Shown here piece by piece: positions 19,555 through 29,524 of a stretch of DNA of 64,000 bases; position 1 is the first letter of the stretch; each line of letters starts with the position of its first letter. Both the position numbers and the translations under genes were made by a program. The notes under the pieces were generated by a model. It ran no database searches. It was not told where the DNA came from and worked only from the letters and a program-made list of their open reading frames with translations. The stretch is from an uncultured Candidatus Rokubacteria bacterium (GTDB taxonomy: Bacteria; Methylomirabilota; Methylomirabilia; Rokubacteriales; DASRDR01). The DNA is taken from the NCBI GenBank assembly GCA_963708025.1, contig CAVPSB010000016.1, positions 224,001-288,000 of the forward strand, written 5' to 3'.

Positions 19555-20559
19555 CTATGCGAGCTTCACCTTGAGGGCCTCGAGGACGGCGGCGATCGGA
19601 TTGGCGTACGTCAGCCCCTTGCCGTTGGACCCGCCGTGGTCGCCGCCCGCAAAGAGGAGCGCGGCCGCCAGCATCTGGTCGTCGACAATGAGCGAGCCGC
19701 TGTCCCCGGCGTCGCTGAACGACCTGCTCCCCGCGCCCTCGATCTCGATCTGGTTGTCGAAAGAGATCACGCCGATGTCGTACTCGACCGCCACCCCATC
19801 CAGCTCGAACGCGGTGACCCGCCCATGGCGCACGCCCGTCGTGCGCCCGACCTTGTGCACGACGTCGCCCACCTGCAGGTCGCTGCCGCGCTGGCCGGCG
19901 AGGGTGCCGATCCCCTTCAGCTTGTGCACGTCGGCCTGGATCGCCGCGTTCAGCTTCGCGATGGCGCAATCGACGAAGTTCGTCTGCCCGGGATCGAGCC
20001 GGACGAACCGGGTGAGCTTGGCCACGCGGTCCGCCGTCGGGCTGCCGCCATCCAGCGCGCCGGGCTGGACGATGGGCCTGCCCTTGGGATACCGGTTCTC
20101 GTCCGCCAGGACGTGGTTGTTCGAGAGGATGTACAGCGCGCTCGACGACCCGGACCGGACGAAGCACCCCAGCGTGCCGGCCATGATGAACCCGCTGGCC
20201 AGGAACCCCGTGGACGACCCGATGAGCAGCGGGCGCTGCTTCGATCGGTACCACGGCTTGGCGCGGGCGCGGATACGGCCCACGTACCGCACGTCCACCT
20301 CGCCCTTGGCCCTGGCCGCGATCCTGTCCACCAGCTCGCTCTTCTCCAGCGCACGGTCCTGCAGGCGGACCGCCAGCCGATAGTTCTTCTTCCCCCGCGC
20401 CGAGACCCCCAGGAAGTAGCTCGGGGTCTCGCGGCTCAGCGATGCCGCGCGAGCGACCGCGAGGCTGGCAGTCCTGCCGGCCGCGGCTCGGACCGCGAAC
20501 GTCCTGTTCAGCTCAGCCGGGAGCGACTGTTTGAGCTCACGAACCGAAGCGAGCCTCAT
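19555..20559 (-). CDS. Trypsin-like serine protease (NAL1-like), no signal peptide
   Basis: GTLGC, SNNHVL (His), VDCAIA (Asp), KVGRTTG, GDSGSLI (Ser); AGGAGG RBS. Confidence 0.88.
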   Translation of the reverse strand: MRLASVRELKQSLPAELNRTFAVRAAAGRTASLAVARAASLSRETPSYFLGVSARGKKNYRLAVRLQDRALEKSELVDRIAARAKGEVDVRYVGRIRARAKPWYRSKQRPLLIGSSTGFLASGFIMAGTLGCFVRSGSSSALYILSNNHVLADENRYPKGRPIVQPGALDGGSPTADRVAKLTRFVRLDPGQTNFVDCAIAKLNAAIQADVHKLKGIGTLAGQRGSDLQVGDVVHKVGRTTGVRHGRVTAFELDGVAVEYDIGVISFDNQIEIEGAGSRSFSDAGDSGSLIVDDQMLAAALLFAGGDHGGSNGKGLTYANPIAAVLEALKVKLA

Positions 20560-20722
20560 AGGACCTCCTCTTGCCCGCCACGTTCAGCGACCGCCACGCG
20601 CAGCGGGCGCCCACCGGGCTCTAGATGTTGAGAGGGAGGGTGCGAGATGCTCATCGTCGAACACTATCGTACTGCCATGTGAACTCACCTGAGGCCTTCG
20701 GGATCCTGGCCACCGGTCAGCC

Positions 20723-21886
20723 TCACTTTCCCTCGATCTTGAACTTCGGCATGACCTCGCGCGCGAACCAGCGAAACTGCTCGAGCATGACGGCCTGGGG
20801 CGTGCCCAGGCTGGTGCTCACGTTGACGTGCTGCAGCCCCGGGTACCGGGACTGGAGGTCCTGGAGGTAAGCGACCAGCTCCTCGGGCGGGCCCGCGAAC
20901 CACGCGCCCGTCTTCATGTAGTGCTCGACGGTGGGCACGCCGGCGGCGTCCCAGCCGCCGCGACGCGCGGCGGCCTCGACCTGAGCGGGCTGGATGCCCG
21001 GCACGAAGCCGAGCGGGGCGAACATCTTCACGTGCTCCTCGTAGAACGGCGTGATCTCGCGGACGGCCCGCTCGCGCGACTCGGCGAGGTGGAAGAAGAT
21101 GCCGAGGCACAGGTTCTCGCCGAGGGCGAGCGTACGCCCGGCGCGGGCGGCGGCCTCGCGGTAGCCGTGGATCGGGCCCTCTCTCATCGTCGCGGCGCCG
21201 CCGCCGATGACGCCCCTGATGTCGTGGCGCACCATGAAGTCGAGCCCGCGCGCGCTCGCGCTCACGATGGGCTGCCAGCACTCCACCGGCCGGTGGACCG
21301 GGCGCGGCACCAGCGTGAGCTCGCGCAGCTCGTAGCCCCGGTAGGGCACGGCCGGCGGCAGCGTGTAGTGCTTGCCGTGGTGGGAGAACGACTCCTGGTT
21401 GAACGCCTTGAAGATGATCTCGACCTGCTCCTCGAACAGCTCGCGGTTGGCCTCGGCGTCGAGCATGGGGGCGCCGAAGGTCTCCACCTCGCGGGTGTGG
21501 TAGCCGCGGCCCACGCCGAAGATCACCCGCCCGCCGGTGAGGATGTCGGCGGTGGCGAAGTCCTCGGCGAGGCGCAGCGGGTGCCACATGGGCGTGATGT
21601 TGAAGCCGCACCCGATCCGGATCTGGCGCGTGATGTGCGCCAGGTGCACCGCCGACATGAGGATGTTCGGCAGGCATTCGTACCCTTCGTGCTGGAAGTG
21701 GTGCTCGGCCAGCCAGATCGCGTGGTAGCCGAGCTCGTCCATGGTGGTGGCGACGGCGTCGGTCTTCGCGAACACCGACGCCAGGTGCTCGTTGGAATAG
21801 CGCCGCTCGTTGGCGGGCGTGGCCAGCTGCCCCATGTCGGGCAGATCCACGTGGCCGGGGTACACCGTGGCGAACTTGGTGATCAT
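20723..21886 (-). CDS. LLM-class (luciferase-like) flavin-dependent oxidoreductase
   Basis: WLAEHHF, WHPLRLAEDFATADILTGGRVIFGVGRGY, FAREVMP. Confidence 0.92.
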   Translation of the reverse strand: MITKFATVYPGHVDLPDMGQLATPANERRYSNEHLASVFAKTDAVATTMDELGYHAIWLAEHHFQHEGYECLPNILMSAVHLAHITRQIRIGCGFNITPMWHPLRLAEDFATADILTGGRVIFGVGRGYHTREVETFGAPMLDAEANRELFEEQVEIIFKAFNQESFSHHGKHYTLPPAVPYRGYELRELTLVPRPVHRPVECWQPIVSASARGLDFMVRHDIRGVIGGGAATMREGPIHGYREAAARAGRTLALGENLCLGIFFHLAESRERAVREITPFYEEHVKMFAPLGFVPGIQPAQVEAAARRGGWDAAGVPTVEHYMKTGAWFAGPPEELVAYLQDLQSRYPGLQHVNVSTSLGTPQAVMLEQFRWFAREVMPKFKIEGK

Positions 21887-22095
21887 CGCCGCTCCTCGAG
21901 AAGCCGGCCGCTGGCGCTCGCCACCGCGGTCTGCTCCCCATCCTGGTTCCCGCACCACACGTTGACCACGACGCGCGTCGCGCCGTCCTCGGATCGCATC
22001 TCCTTCACGACGCCGTGCACGGTGAGGCGGTCGCCGGCGTAGACGGGCTTGATGAAGGTCAGGAGTCGAAGGTCAGCCTCTTTGAACTCCGTCAT
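21883..22095 (-). pseudogene. MaoC/hotdog-fold C-terminal fragment
   Basis: TFIKPVYAGDRLTVHGVV...VWCGNQDG; N-terminal half absent. Confidence 0.55.
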
Positions 22096-22423
22096 CGATG
22101 ACCTCGTGTCGCCGCGATCTTCGGGCGTGGCTGGAGTCTAGCACGGTGGGACAATGGTAGCCTCCCGGGAGGAAGTGCGTGATGCCAGCCAAAGCCCGGA
22201 GGAGATTGATCCGCGGAGGCGTCGTTGACGCAGAGCCCAAGCCGACCTGGCCGGCCGCTCGCGTGAACGACACTCCCGGCCAGGGGCGGCGTTGATGCGG
22301 CGCGCGCTTCAGCTGGACGTTCTTGGGCGCCGACAAGGACAACGACGGTCCAGAGGTCATCGCCCACGACGGTGGGGGGCGGGTGCGGCGCAGGCACGCC
22401 GCGGGGCGGAAGCGCCGAAGGGT

Positions 22424-24263
22424 CTAGCCGGCGAGGTCGGCGAGGCCGAGGGCGCGGAGGCGCTCCGGGGTGGGGACGCCGTGCGCGTCCCAGCCCCGCA
22501 GCGCGTAGTAGGCGTCGAGCATCGCGTTCAGCTCGGCGGGCGGGCAGTACATCCCGGCCGAGGGGCCGTCGGGGATGGGCTCGTGCATCACCTTCCAGGG
22601 CAGCGCGTCGTGCTCGCGGCGGACGCCCTCCCGCACGTTGAAGCAGCGCTCCAGGTTGACGATCCGCTCCCCCACCCGCTCCAGCTCGGCGGCGTCCACG
22701 TCCCAGCCGGTGACGGCCGAGACGAGGCCGGCGTAGGCGTCGTTGACGAAGAGCCCGAAGCCCCGCTCCGAGGTGAAGCGGCACATGACGAGGCTGTCGT
22801 CCACGGCGGTGAAGTGTTGGCTCTTGATGGCGAAGGCCGGCTTGTCCTCGGTCGAGCGGCGGTCGAAGCCCGGGGCGTACTGGGGGGTCGGCCGGGTGTC
22901 GTGGTGGCTCCCGCCCCGGGTGGCGGTGGCGTAGCCGATCGACATGCCCTTGAGCGCCCGCGCCGAGTGGGCGGGGAGCTCCAGCCCCTTGACCTCGTAG
23001 GGAAGCCGCTCGGCCCCCTGCCCGATCTCGGCGGCCAGCCGCCGGGAGCCCTCGGCCAGGCGGTTGCCGAACCCCTCGCGGCGCGCCGTCTGCTCGATCA
23101 GCCGGATCATGCCCGTCGTGATCGCCCCAGCCGAACGGCAGGCCGACATCGGCCGGCTTCAGGAGGCCCCGCTCCAGGCACTCGGCGACGAAGGCCAGCG
23201 TGACCCCCATCGAGATCGAGTCGAGCCCGAGCAGGTCGCACAGGATGTTGGCCTGGATGAGGCTCGGCGCGTTGGCGTTGCCGAGCATCGAGCCGAAGGC
23301 GAAGAGGGTCTCGTACTCCGGCATCTTCCCGCGGACGCCGCCGTACACCGGGACGTCGGCCGGCACCGCGAACTGCTTCCCGCAGGCGACCGGGCACTTG
23401 AGGCAGGTGGTGTCCCGGTCGTGGTAGTGCTCCTTGAGCGAGTGGCCGTCGATCAGCTCGGCCTGGGCGAAGACCTCCTGCTTGAGGTTGTAGGCGCCGA
23501 GCCCGCCCAGCGCGTTGATGGGGCCGGTGAGGAACGGGGTGCCGTAGAGGGAGAGGTTGGCGGTCCCCTTCTTCATCGGCTCCCGGGTCTCCTCGATCAG
23601 CTTCTTCAGGCGGGCCGGGTCGGCCACGGCGGTCTTCCGGGTCCCGGCGACGGAGATCGCCTTCAGGTTCTTGGCGCCGAAGACCGCGCCGATCCCCCCG
23701 CGCCCCGCCACTCCCTCCCGGTTCTTCCAGTAGTGGGCGAGACAGGCGTAGCGCACCCGGTGCTCCCCGGCCGGGCCGATCGCCAGCGCGTCGGCGTCCG
23801 CGCCCTCCGCCGCCTGGACCGCCTCCACGGTCTCCCGCGTGGTCCGCCCCCACATGGCCCGGGCGTCGCGGAGCGTCGCGCCGGTCTCGTTGACGGCGAG
23901 GTAGACCGGGTGCGGCGCCCGGCCGGTGATCAGCACGGCGTCGAAGCCGGTGCGCTTGAAGGTCGCCGGGAAGCGGCCCCCGAAGGTCGAGTCGAAGAAG
24001 AGCCCGGTCAGCGGCGACTTGGTGGCGATGCAGGCGCGGCTGTTCCCCGGCACCAGGGTGTCGGTGATCGGGCCGACGCCGAGCGCGACCGCGTTCGCCG
24101 GGTCGTAAGGGTCGACGCCCGCCGGCACCGCGTCCCAGAGGAGGCGCGCGGCCAGGCCGTTCCCGCCGAGGACCGCGCGCGCGGTCGCCGCGTCGAGTGG
24201 CCGGATCTCGCTCGCGCCCGTGCCCAGGTCCACGTGAAGGATGCGCTCGCCGTAGCCGTGCAT
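22424..24263 (-). CDS. aor: Aldehyde:ferredoxin oxidoreductase family protein (frameshift near 23130)
   Basis: ILHVDL, KSPLTG, AGRGGIGAVFGAKNLKA, CLKCPVAC, PEYET, LGLDSIS, VKGLELPAH, YYALRGWD. Confidence 0.9.
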
Positions 24264-24270
24264 GGCCTCC

Positions 24271-24299
24271 ACTATCGGTGTCGTCCCCGGGGCTGTCAA
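24271..24299 (-). promoter_or_regulatory. Putative sigma70 promoter of aor
   Basis: TTGACA-N17-GATAGT on the minus strand just upstream of the GGAGG RBS. Confidence 0.45.
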
Positions 24300-24306
24300 G
24301 GCGCGG

Positions 24307-24334
24307 GTGCACAGTTTCCTGTGCACCCTGCACA
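24307..24334. promoter_or_regulatory. Putative enhancer (UAS) for a sigma54 activator
   Basis: GTGCAC-N8-GTGCAC overlapping palindrome TGTGCA-CCC-TGCACA; 15/16 identical to the copy at 56595-56610. Confidence 0.6.
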
Positions 24335-24410
24335 TTCTTCCTTTCACCATCGGATGACGAGTAGTCGCCGCAATCCCACGCCGATCCGCGGTGTCCCGCG
24401 ATCGCGGCCC

Positions 24411-24427
24411 CTGGCCGGATTTTTGCT
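24411..24427 (+). promoter_or_regulatory. Putative sigma54 (-24/-12) promoter
   Basis: CTGGCCGGATTTTTGCT: exact GG-N10-GC spacing with TTGCT; 74 bp before ATG 24501. Confidence 0.65.
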
Positions 24428-24500
24428 CGGGCCCTCGGTCGCACCTGGCCTCACGGCCGGGTGGTGACTCCAGGCCCGATTCACCGGGGAGGGTCCCGCG

Positions 24501-25727
24501 ATGACATCGGCCGCTCGGATCGCCTCTGCCGCTCTCTTCGTCCTCGCGCTCACGCCGCCGGCTCCGCTCCGGGCCGAGCCGCTCGCCCCTGTCTTCGGCC
24601 CGAAGCAGTTCGTGCGCGAGCGCGGCCGGCCCGATCGGGCCACGGAGCACTTTCCCGCCTGCCGCCCCGATCGGACCTTCCGACTGCAGCTCGAGAACGG
24701 TCCCGGGCCCCGCCACCGCGTTGACGAGGCGGAGATCCGCCTCAACGGCGTCACGGTGGTCCACTCGCGCGACTTTCACCACCGGGATCACCACCATCGG
24801 GATGCGGTGATCGAGCGGCGGGTGACCCTGCGGGCCGAGAACACGCTCAGCGTCAAGCTCGACGGGCGCCCGGGCAGCGCGGTGAGCGTGCGCATCGTCG
24901 CGAAGACGCCGTGCCTGGAGGTGTCGCTCACCTCCCCCGAGGCCGGCGCCACGCTGGACTCCCCGCTGGCCCTGGTCGAGGGCGTGGTTCGTGGCGCGGC
25001 GGACGCCACCGTCGCCGTCAACGGCGTCCCCGCCGCCGTCCAGGGCGAGCGGTTCACGGCGCTGATTCCCGTCGACCCCGCGATGACCGAGGTCGTGGCG
25101 GTCGCGACGGCCCCCGACGGCATCACGGCGGACGCTCGCCGGTCCGTGACCGTGGTGCAGGCGCCCGAGCCCCGCCTGGTGTTCCGAGCCGTGCCCGCCG
25201 CGGGACCGCCGCCGCTCAGCGTGCGCTTCGTCATGGCAACGGAGCTCCCGGTCACCCAGGTCGTCCTGGACCTCGGCGACGGCCGGAGCGTGACGAACCC
25301 GGTCCTGGATTCGGAGCTGTTCGAGTACGCGCAGCCCGGGCGCTATGCCCCGCGGCTCACCGTGACCGACTCCTCCGGCGCCACCAGCACCGCCACCGCC
25401 GTCGTGGAGGTCGTCGATCGGGCCGCCTTCGACGCGGCTTTGCAGGTCCAGTGGAGCGGGCTGAAGGACGCGCTGCGTCAAGGCGACCTCAACGGCGCCC
25501 TGGGCGCCATCGCCACCGGTGCCCGGGACCTCTACCGGGAGCTGCTCGGCGCCCTGACCGTCCCGCTGAGCCAGATCGATCAGGTTCTGACCGACATCGC
25601 CCTCGTGGATTTCGACGAAATTCAGGCCGAGTACGAGATGCTCCGGGTCGACAATGGCGTCGCGATGTCGTACCTCGTCCTGTTCACCCGGGACGCGGAC
25701 GGGGTCTGGCGGCTCAGGTTCTTCTGA
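24501..25727 (+). CDS. Secreted Ig-like/PKD-domain protein with conserved C-terminal domain
   Basis: Signal peptide; Ig-like segment (SLTSP...VAVNGV); PKD (LDLGDG...YAQPGRYAPRLTVTD); C-terminus W..LK.ALR.GD...FTRDADGVWRL. Confidence 0.8.
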   Translation: MTSAARIASAALFVLALTPPAPLRAEPLAPVFGPKQFVRERGRPDRATEHFPACRPDRTFRLQLENGPGPRHRVDEAEIRLNGVTVVHSRDFHHRDHHHRDAVIERRVTLRAENTLSVKLDGRPGSAVSVRIVAKTPCLEVSLTSPEAGATLDSPLALVEGVVRGAADATVAVNGVPAAVQGERFTALIPVDPAMTEVVAVATAPDGITADARRSVTVVQAPEPRLVFRAVPAAGPPPLSVRFVMATELPVTQVVLDLGDGRSVTNPVLDSELFEYAQPGRYAPRLTVTDSSGATSTATAVVEVVDRAAFDAALQVQWSGLKDALRQGDLNGALGAIATGARDLYRELLGALTVPLSQIDQVLTDIALVDFDEIQAEYEMLRVDNGVAMSYLVLFTRDADGVWRLRFF

Positions 25728-25764
25728 GGCCGGCCAGCCCGTTCGCCAAGGGGAGGGAGACGAG

Positions 25765-26600
25765 ATGCCGTCGGACAGCCTGAGGGTTGGCACCGGAGTC
25801 CCTGCGCGCCACGAGCGGCGCCAGGCCAGGGCACCAGGGCTTCTGCTCGCCGCCCTGGTGCTGCTGCTCCTCGGCCGGCCCGACGCGCTGGCCGCGGCGC
25901 CGGCCTGCCCGCCCTTCGCGCTCGAGAAGAGCTGGCTGGTCATCTTCGACGGGGGGAAGTCCAGCCCCGCGCAGCGCCGCGCGCTCGAGGACAGCGGCGT
26001 CGTCCGGGGCCTCCCGGTCGGCCTCTGGCCCCCGAGCGGCCCCGCCCCGCTCACGGTGGGCCTGGTCTGGATCGCGCGGGAGGAGCGCGCGCAGTCCGTG
26101 GAGATGGACGCCGACGGCGACGGGGTGCCGGAGGTGGTCGACACCCGCGACGAGGCCTTCGGTCACACCTACCAGAAGCCGGGGCACTACCCGGCGACCA
26201 TCCGCGTCCGCGACGCGCAGGGCGAGGTCCGGACCTTCAAGAGCCCGGTCACCGTGCTCACCCCCGCCGCCTTCGACGCCCAGCTCCAGGGCCTCTGGGC
26301 CGCGCTCAAGGAGGCCGTGCGCCGGGGCGACTTCGAAGCCGCGCTCGAGTGCGTGGCCAGCCCAGGACCGCCCGCGCACCGACGGGCTGCTGCGCTCGCT
26401 GCCGCGGGCCGACCTGGAGAAGGCGCTGCCCGCGATCCGCTTCGTCGAGTTCCGCGTCGTCCAGGCGGTCTACGCGAGCGTCCGCCCGCCGGACTGGGGC
26501 AAGGGCCCCCTGCCGGTGCCGCTCGAGGTCCGCTTCGCGCCCGACATGGATGCCGTCTGGCGGATCACCCGGATCCAGGCTCAAGGAGGCCGACCAATGA
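25765..26600 (+). CDS. Second secreted PKD-domain protein with paralogous C-terminal domain (frameshift near 26362)
   Basis: MDADGDG...HTYQKPGHYPATIRVRD; AFDAQLQGLWAALKEAVRRGD; second frame ends VRFAPDMDAVWRI. Confidence 0.7.
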
Positions 26601-27115
26601 CCCGGCGGCGTGGCGTCTTCCTGGCCGTCCTCCTCGCAGCGATGAGCCTCGCGGGCTGGATCGACCCGGCCGCGGCGGCCGGCCCCTGGCGCGGCCAGGT
26701 CGTCGACGCCGAGACCGGCAAGCCGCTGGAAGGCGTCGTCGTCCTGGCGCAGTGGGACAAGCTCTCCCCGGGGCGATCCACCGCGGCTCGCGACTTCTAC
26801 GACGTGGACGAAGTCGTGACGGACGCCGACGGCCGCTTCGTGATCCCGGCGCGCCGCGTGCTCACCGTCAATCCCTTCGTGAGCCTCGACGGCCCGATCC
26901 TCCACATGTTCAAGCCAGGCTACGGACCAGGGCTGGAGCAGGGTTTGCCACAATACTCAGACATCGACGACGTCCGTCGTTTGATGGAGACGCAAGGCGT
27001 GGTCTTCGCGATGACGCCCCTCAAGACTTGGGCGGAGCGCCGAAGGTCATTGCCGCCGCTTCCAGTCGATGGTTCCCGACGCACTGATGCCTCGGATTCA
27101 CCGCGCCATCGATGA
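26597..27115 (+). CDS. Secreted carboxypeptidase-regulatory-like (beta-sandwich) small protein
   Basis: AAGGAGG RBS, signal peptide MTRRRGVFLAVLLAAM, RGQVVDAETGKPLEGVVV...TDADGRFVIP...FKPGY; 3' end may be frameshifted. Confidence 0.7.
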   Translation: MTRRRGVFLAVLLAAMSLAGWIDPAAAAGPWRGQVVDAETGKPLEGVVVLAQWDKLSPGRSTAARDFYDVDEVVTDADGRFVIPARRVLTVNPFVSLDGPILHMFKPGYGPGLEQGLPQYSDIDDVRRLMETQGVVFAMTPLKTWAERRRSLPPLPVDGSRRTDASDSPRHR

Positions 27116-27172
27116 ATGAACGGAGATTCCTCCGGTCCTCGCCCTAAAGAGTCGCGCTGGAGGGCCAAGTCC

Positions 27173-29470
27173 ATGAAGACGGTCATGGGTCGGCATACTG
27201 TTAGCTACTTCGCCCTTGCTGAACGCCCCGGCTTGTTTTCGGCGTACGATCTTCAAGCTCACGCGGCCATCACCGCCGTCGCAATCCCAGTAGTTTGATT
27301 CTCGTCGTGGACCAAGTTCTACTCCAGTTGGGTTCTGCCGGATGGCGCCGGCACCAAGTTCGGCAACAGTGAGATGGGAGTCAGAACAGCCCGGAACTGG
27401 ATCCAGGATTCGGCGCTGCGAGCGAGGACATACCAGACATCCGGGTTGTGAATCACTTTCACAACCCGCTCGCCAACGACTTGGAGCGGTGGCCGGTCTT
27501 CGCGTCCTCGGCACTCAGCCGGGCCAGTCTTCCGTCATCTGGCAGCAGAATCCGCGCAGAGCACGGGGACGGGCGGCGATAGTGGAACGTGGTCGTGGCC
27601 GACGCCCGGCAATGCTACTTCGAAGCCCTCACCTCTCGGAGCGAGGCCGAGCGGAACAGCGCCTTCGCACGGCTCTTCCGCTCCCTCGGCCAGGTGATGC
27701 ATCTGCGTCCAGGACGCCTCGCTCCCCGCTCACACTCGGAACGACCCGCATCTCTACAAGGTGGTGTTCGGCCTGGACCTCGGCAACCCCGACCGCTACG
27801 AACGGTGGGTGGACAAGCTCAAGTCGAACCGAGCTCGCGGCCCGTCCTCGAGTCGGCCCCCCGTCCACCCGTCCGAGCGCGTGTTCTCCCGGATCGGCAC
27901 GACCGCGACGGATCGACCGGGCCGCCGCCCCGGCGCCGGTCTCCGCGCTCATCGACACCGGCCAGTACGATGGCACGAATCCAGATGTGACCGCCACCCC
28001 GTCCGATGGGCGACCGGTCATCGGGCTGGCCGAGTACTCGAACGCCAACTTCTTCTCCAACGACACCATCTTCGCCGACACCCCGGCGCTGTTCGGCGTC
28101 CGCCCCTTCCCTTCCAGCCAGAGCCTGGAGCTCGGGCCCCTCGAGCCGGCTCCGGGCGCACGGGGCTGGCAGCGGCGCTACATCCTGAAGGCGCGCCATG
28201 GCGACACGATGGTCAGCGATCCCTCGGGCGCGACGCGCCGTTATCGCCTCGCCCTCCCCGGCGCCCTCTACGACTACCTTCCCGACGCCGTCAAGGCGCG
28301 CGACTCCACGATCGACGAGAAGGTGCTCGAGGACTACGCCGCTCTGCTGCTCCCCCGTGCGGTTGGCTACTCGACCGCGCTGATCGACCACTTCTTCCGC
28401 GGCCAGCTCGAGGCCTACTTCGTTCCCGTCGCGGGAGCCTTGCGCCCGGCGCTGCGGATCGTCAATCGCGCGGACGGCGAGCGCCTCGCGGGCACCTTCA
28501 GCCTCCACTACGACGCCCCCGACGGTATCCGGGTCCGTCTCGGCGGCTGGGACAACATCGGCCTCGCCCCGGGCGCCGCCTCCGCCCCGCTCGCCGTCCC
28601 CGACTTCTCGCCCTCCGAGCCCCCGCCCGCCGAGCCGGGCCGCTACCTGCTCGTCTTCCGCGGCCACTTCGGCGACGAGCCCGACGCCGTCGTCGCCACC
28701 CCGCTCGACGCCCGGGTCTGGACCCTGGAGTCCTCCGTGTTCCAGCGGGAGCGCTCCGGTCTCGTCACCGGCTATCCCTACTTCACCTCCTGGCTGCTGG
28801 ACACGAAACCCCAGCTGAACACCTACGCTTCGCTCTACGATCCCATGGACTCTCTTCGACGGCACCGCCCTCCGTCTCTTCGCCGGCAATGGCGCTTCGG
28901 AGAAGCCTCGAATACCTCTTCCAGTGTGAAGGCGACAACTACGTCCCCTTCATCTCGAGCACGCTCCCCGGTCACGGCTTCAGCTACGCCGCGTGGTATC
29001 GGGGTCCCGCCGCCTTCCGCCCCACGACCGTGCGGCTGCTCGGCACCGGGAGGGTCGAGACGCTGGTTCCCGAGGGCCAGGGCTACACCAGCATCTACGG
29101 CCCGGCCGTCCTCGATGTCGTACGCTTCAGGCCGCCTGAGTCCCCGGGCGAGCTTCAGGGTTACTCCGCCCTCAATCCTCCGACGGTCGAGGCCGTCCTT
29201 GCCTCTTTCTCCGTCGAGAGCATCGACCCGATCGATCTCGGGACCATCGACTTGGGCGACGCCCCGTTCATCGGAATCCGCCTCCGTTCAGTCCCCCTCG
29301 GGGAGCCGGCGCGCCTGAGCACCTCCGGCGCGGGCGGTTTCCTCGACTCCATCTGCTTTCACCAGATCCTGCTCCGCTACGGGCCAATCTCCGGCATCCA
29401 CTACGGTGGCTTCTTCGCCAACAGCGCGGTCGGCTGGGTTGACATGCAGATCCTGCCCGGCGCCCAGTAG
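27173..29470 (+). CDS. Large protein with N-terminal Zn-phospholipase C/P1-nuclease-like domain (multiple frameshifts)
   Basis: Across frames: AYD..AH, NHFHNP, LGQVMHL-VQDASLPAHTRNDPH, RYERW, GLAEYSNANFFS, DYAALLLPRAVGYS..LIDHFFRG. Confidence 0.65.
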
Positions 29471-29524
29471 AGACTGTTTCACGCCAGGCGGCAGCACGCG
29501 ACGGCGGTCCCGCGCCGCCAGGCT

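Noticed and set aside
24762-24803. His-rich HSRDFHHRDHHHRD insert as a metal-binding motif
   Set aside because: Looks like a short local duplication (CACCACCGGGAT/CACCATCGGGAT) with no other support
22092-26144. 1350-aa minus-strand ORF
   Set aside because: Antisense shadow of the PKD genes read through into the 5' part of aor; stop codons are rare at this GC content
25787-27115. Apparent fusion of the second PKD protein C-terminus with the beta-sandwich protein
   Set aside because: An internal AAGGAGG RBS, ATG and signal peptide at 26597, in an indel-rich region, favour two genes
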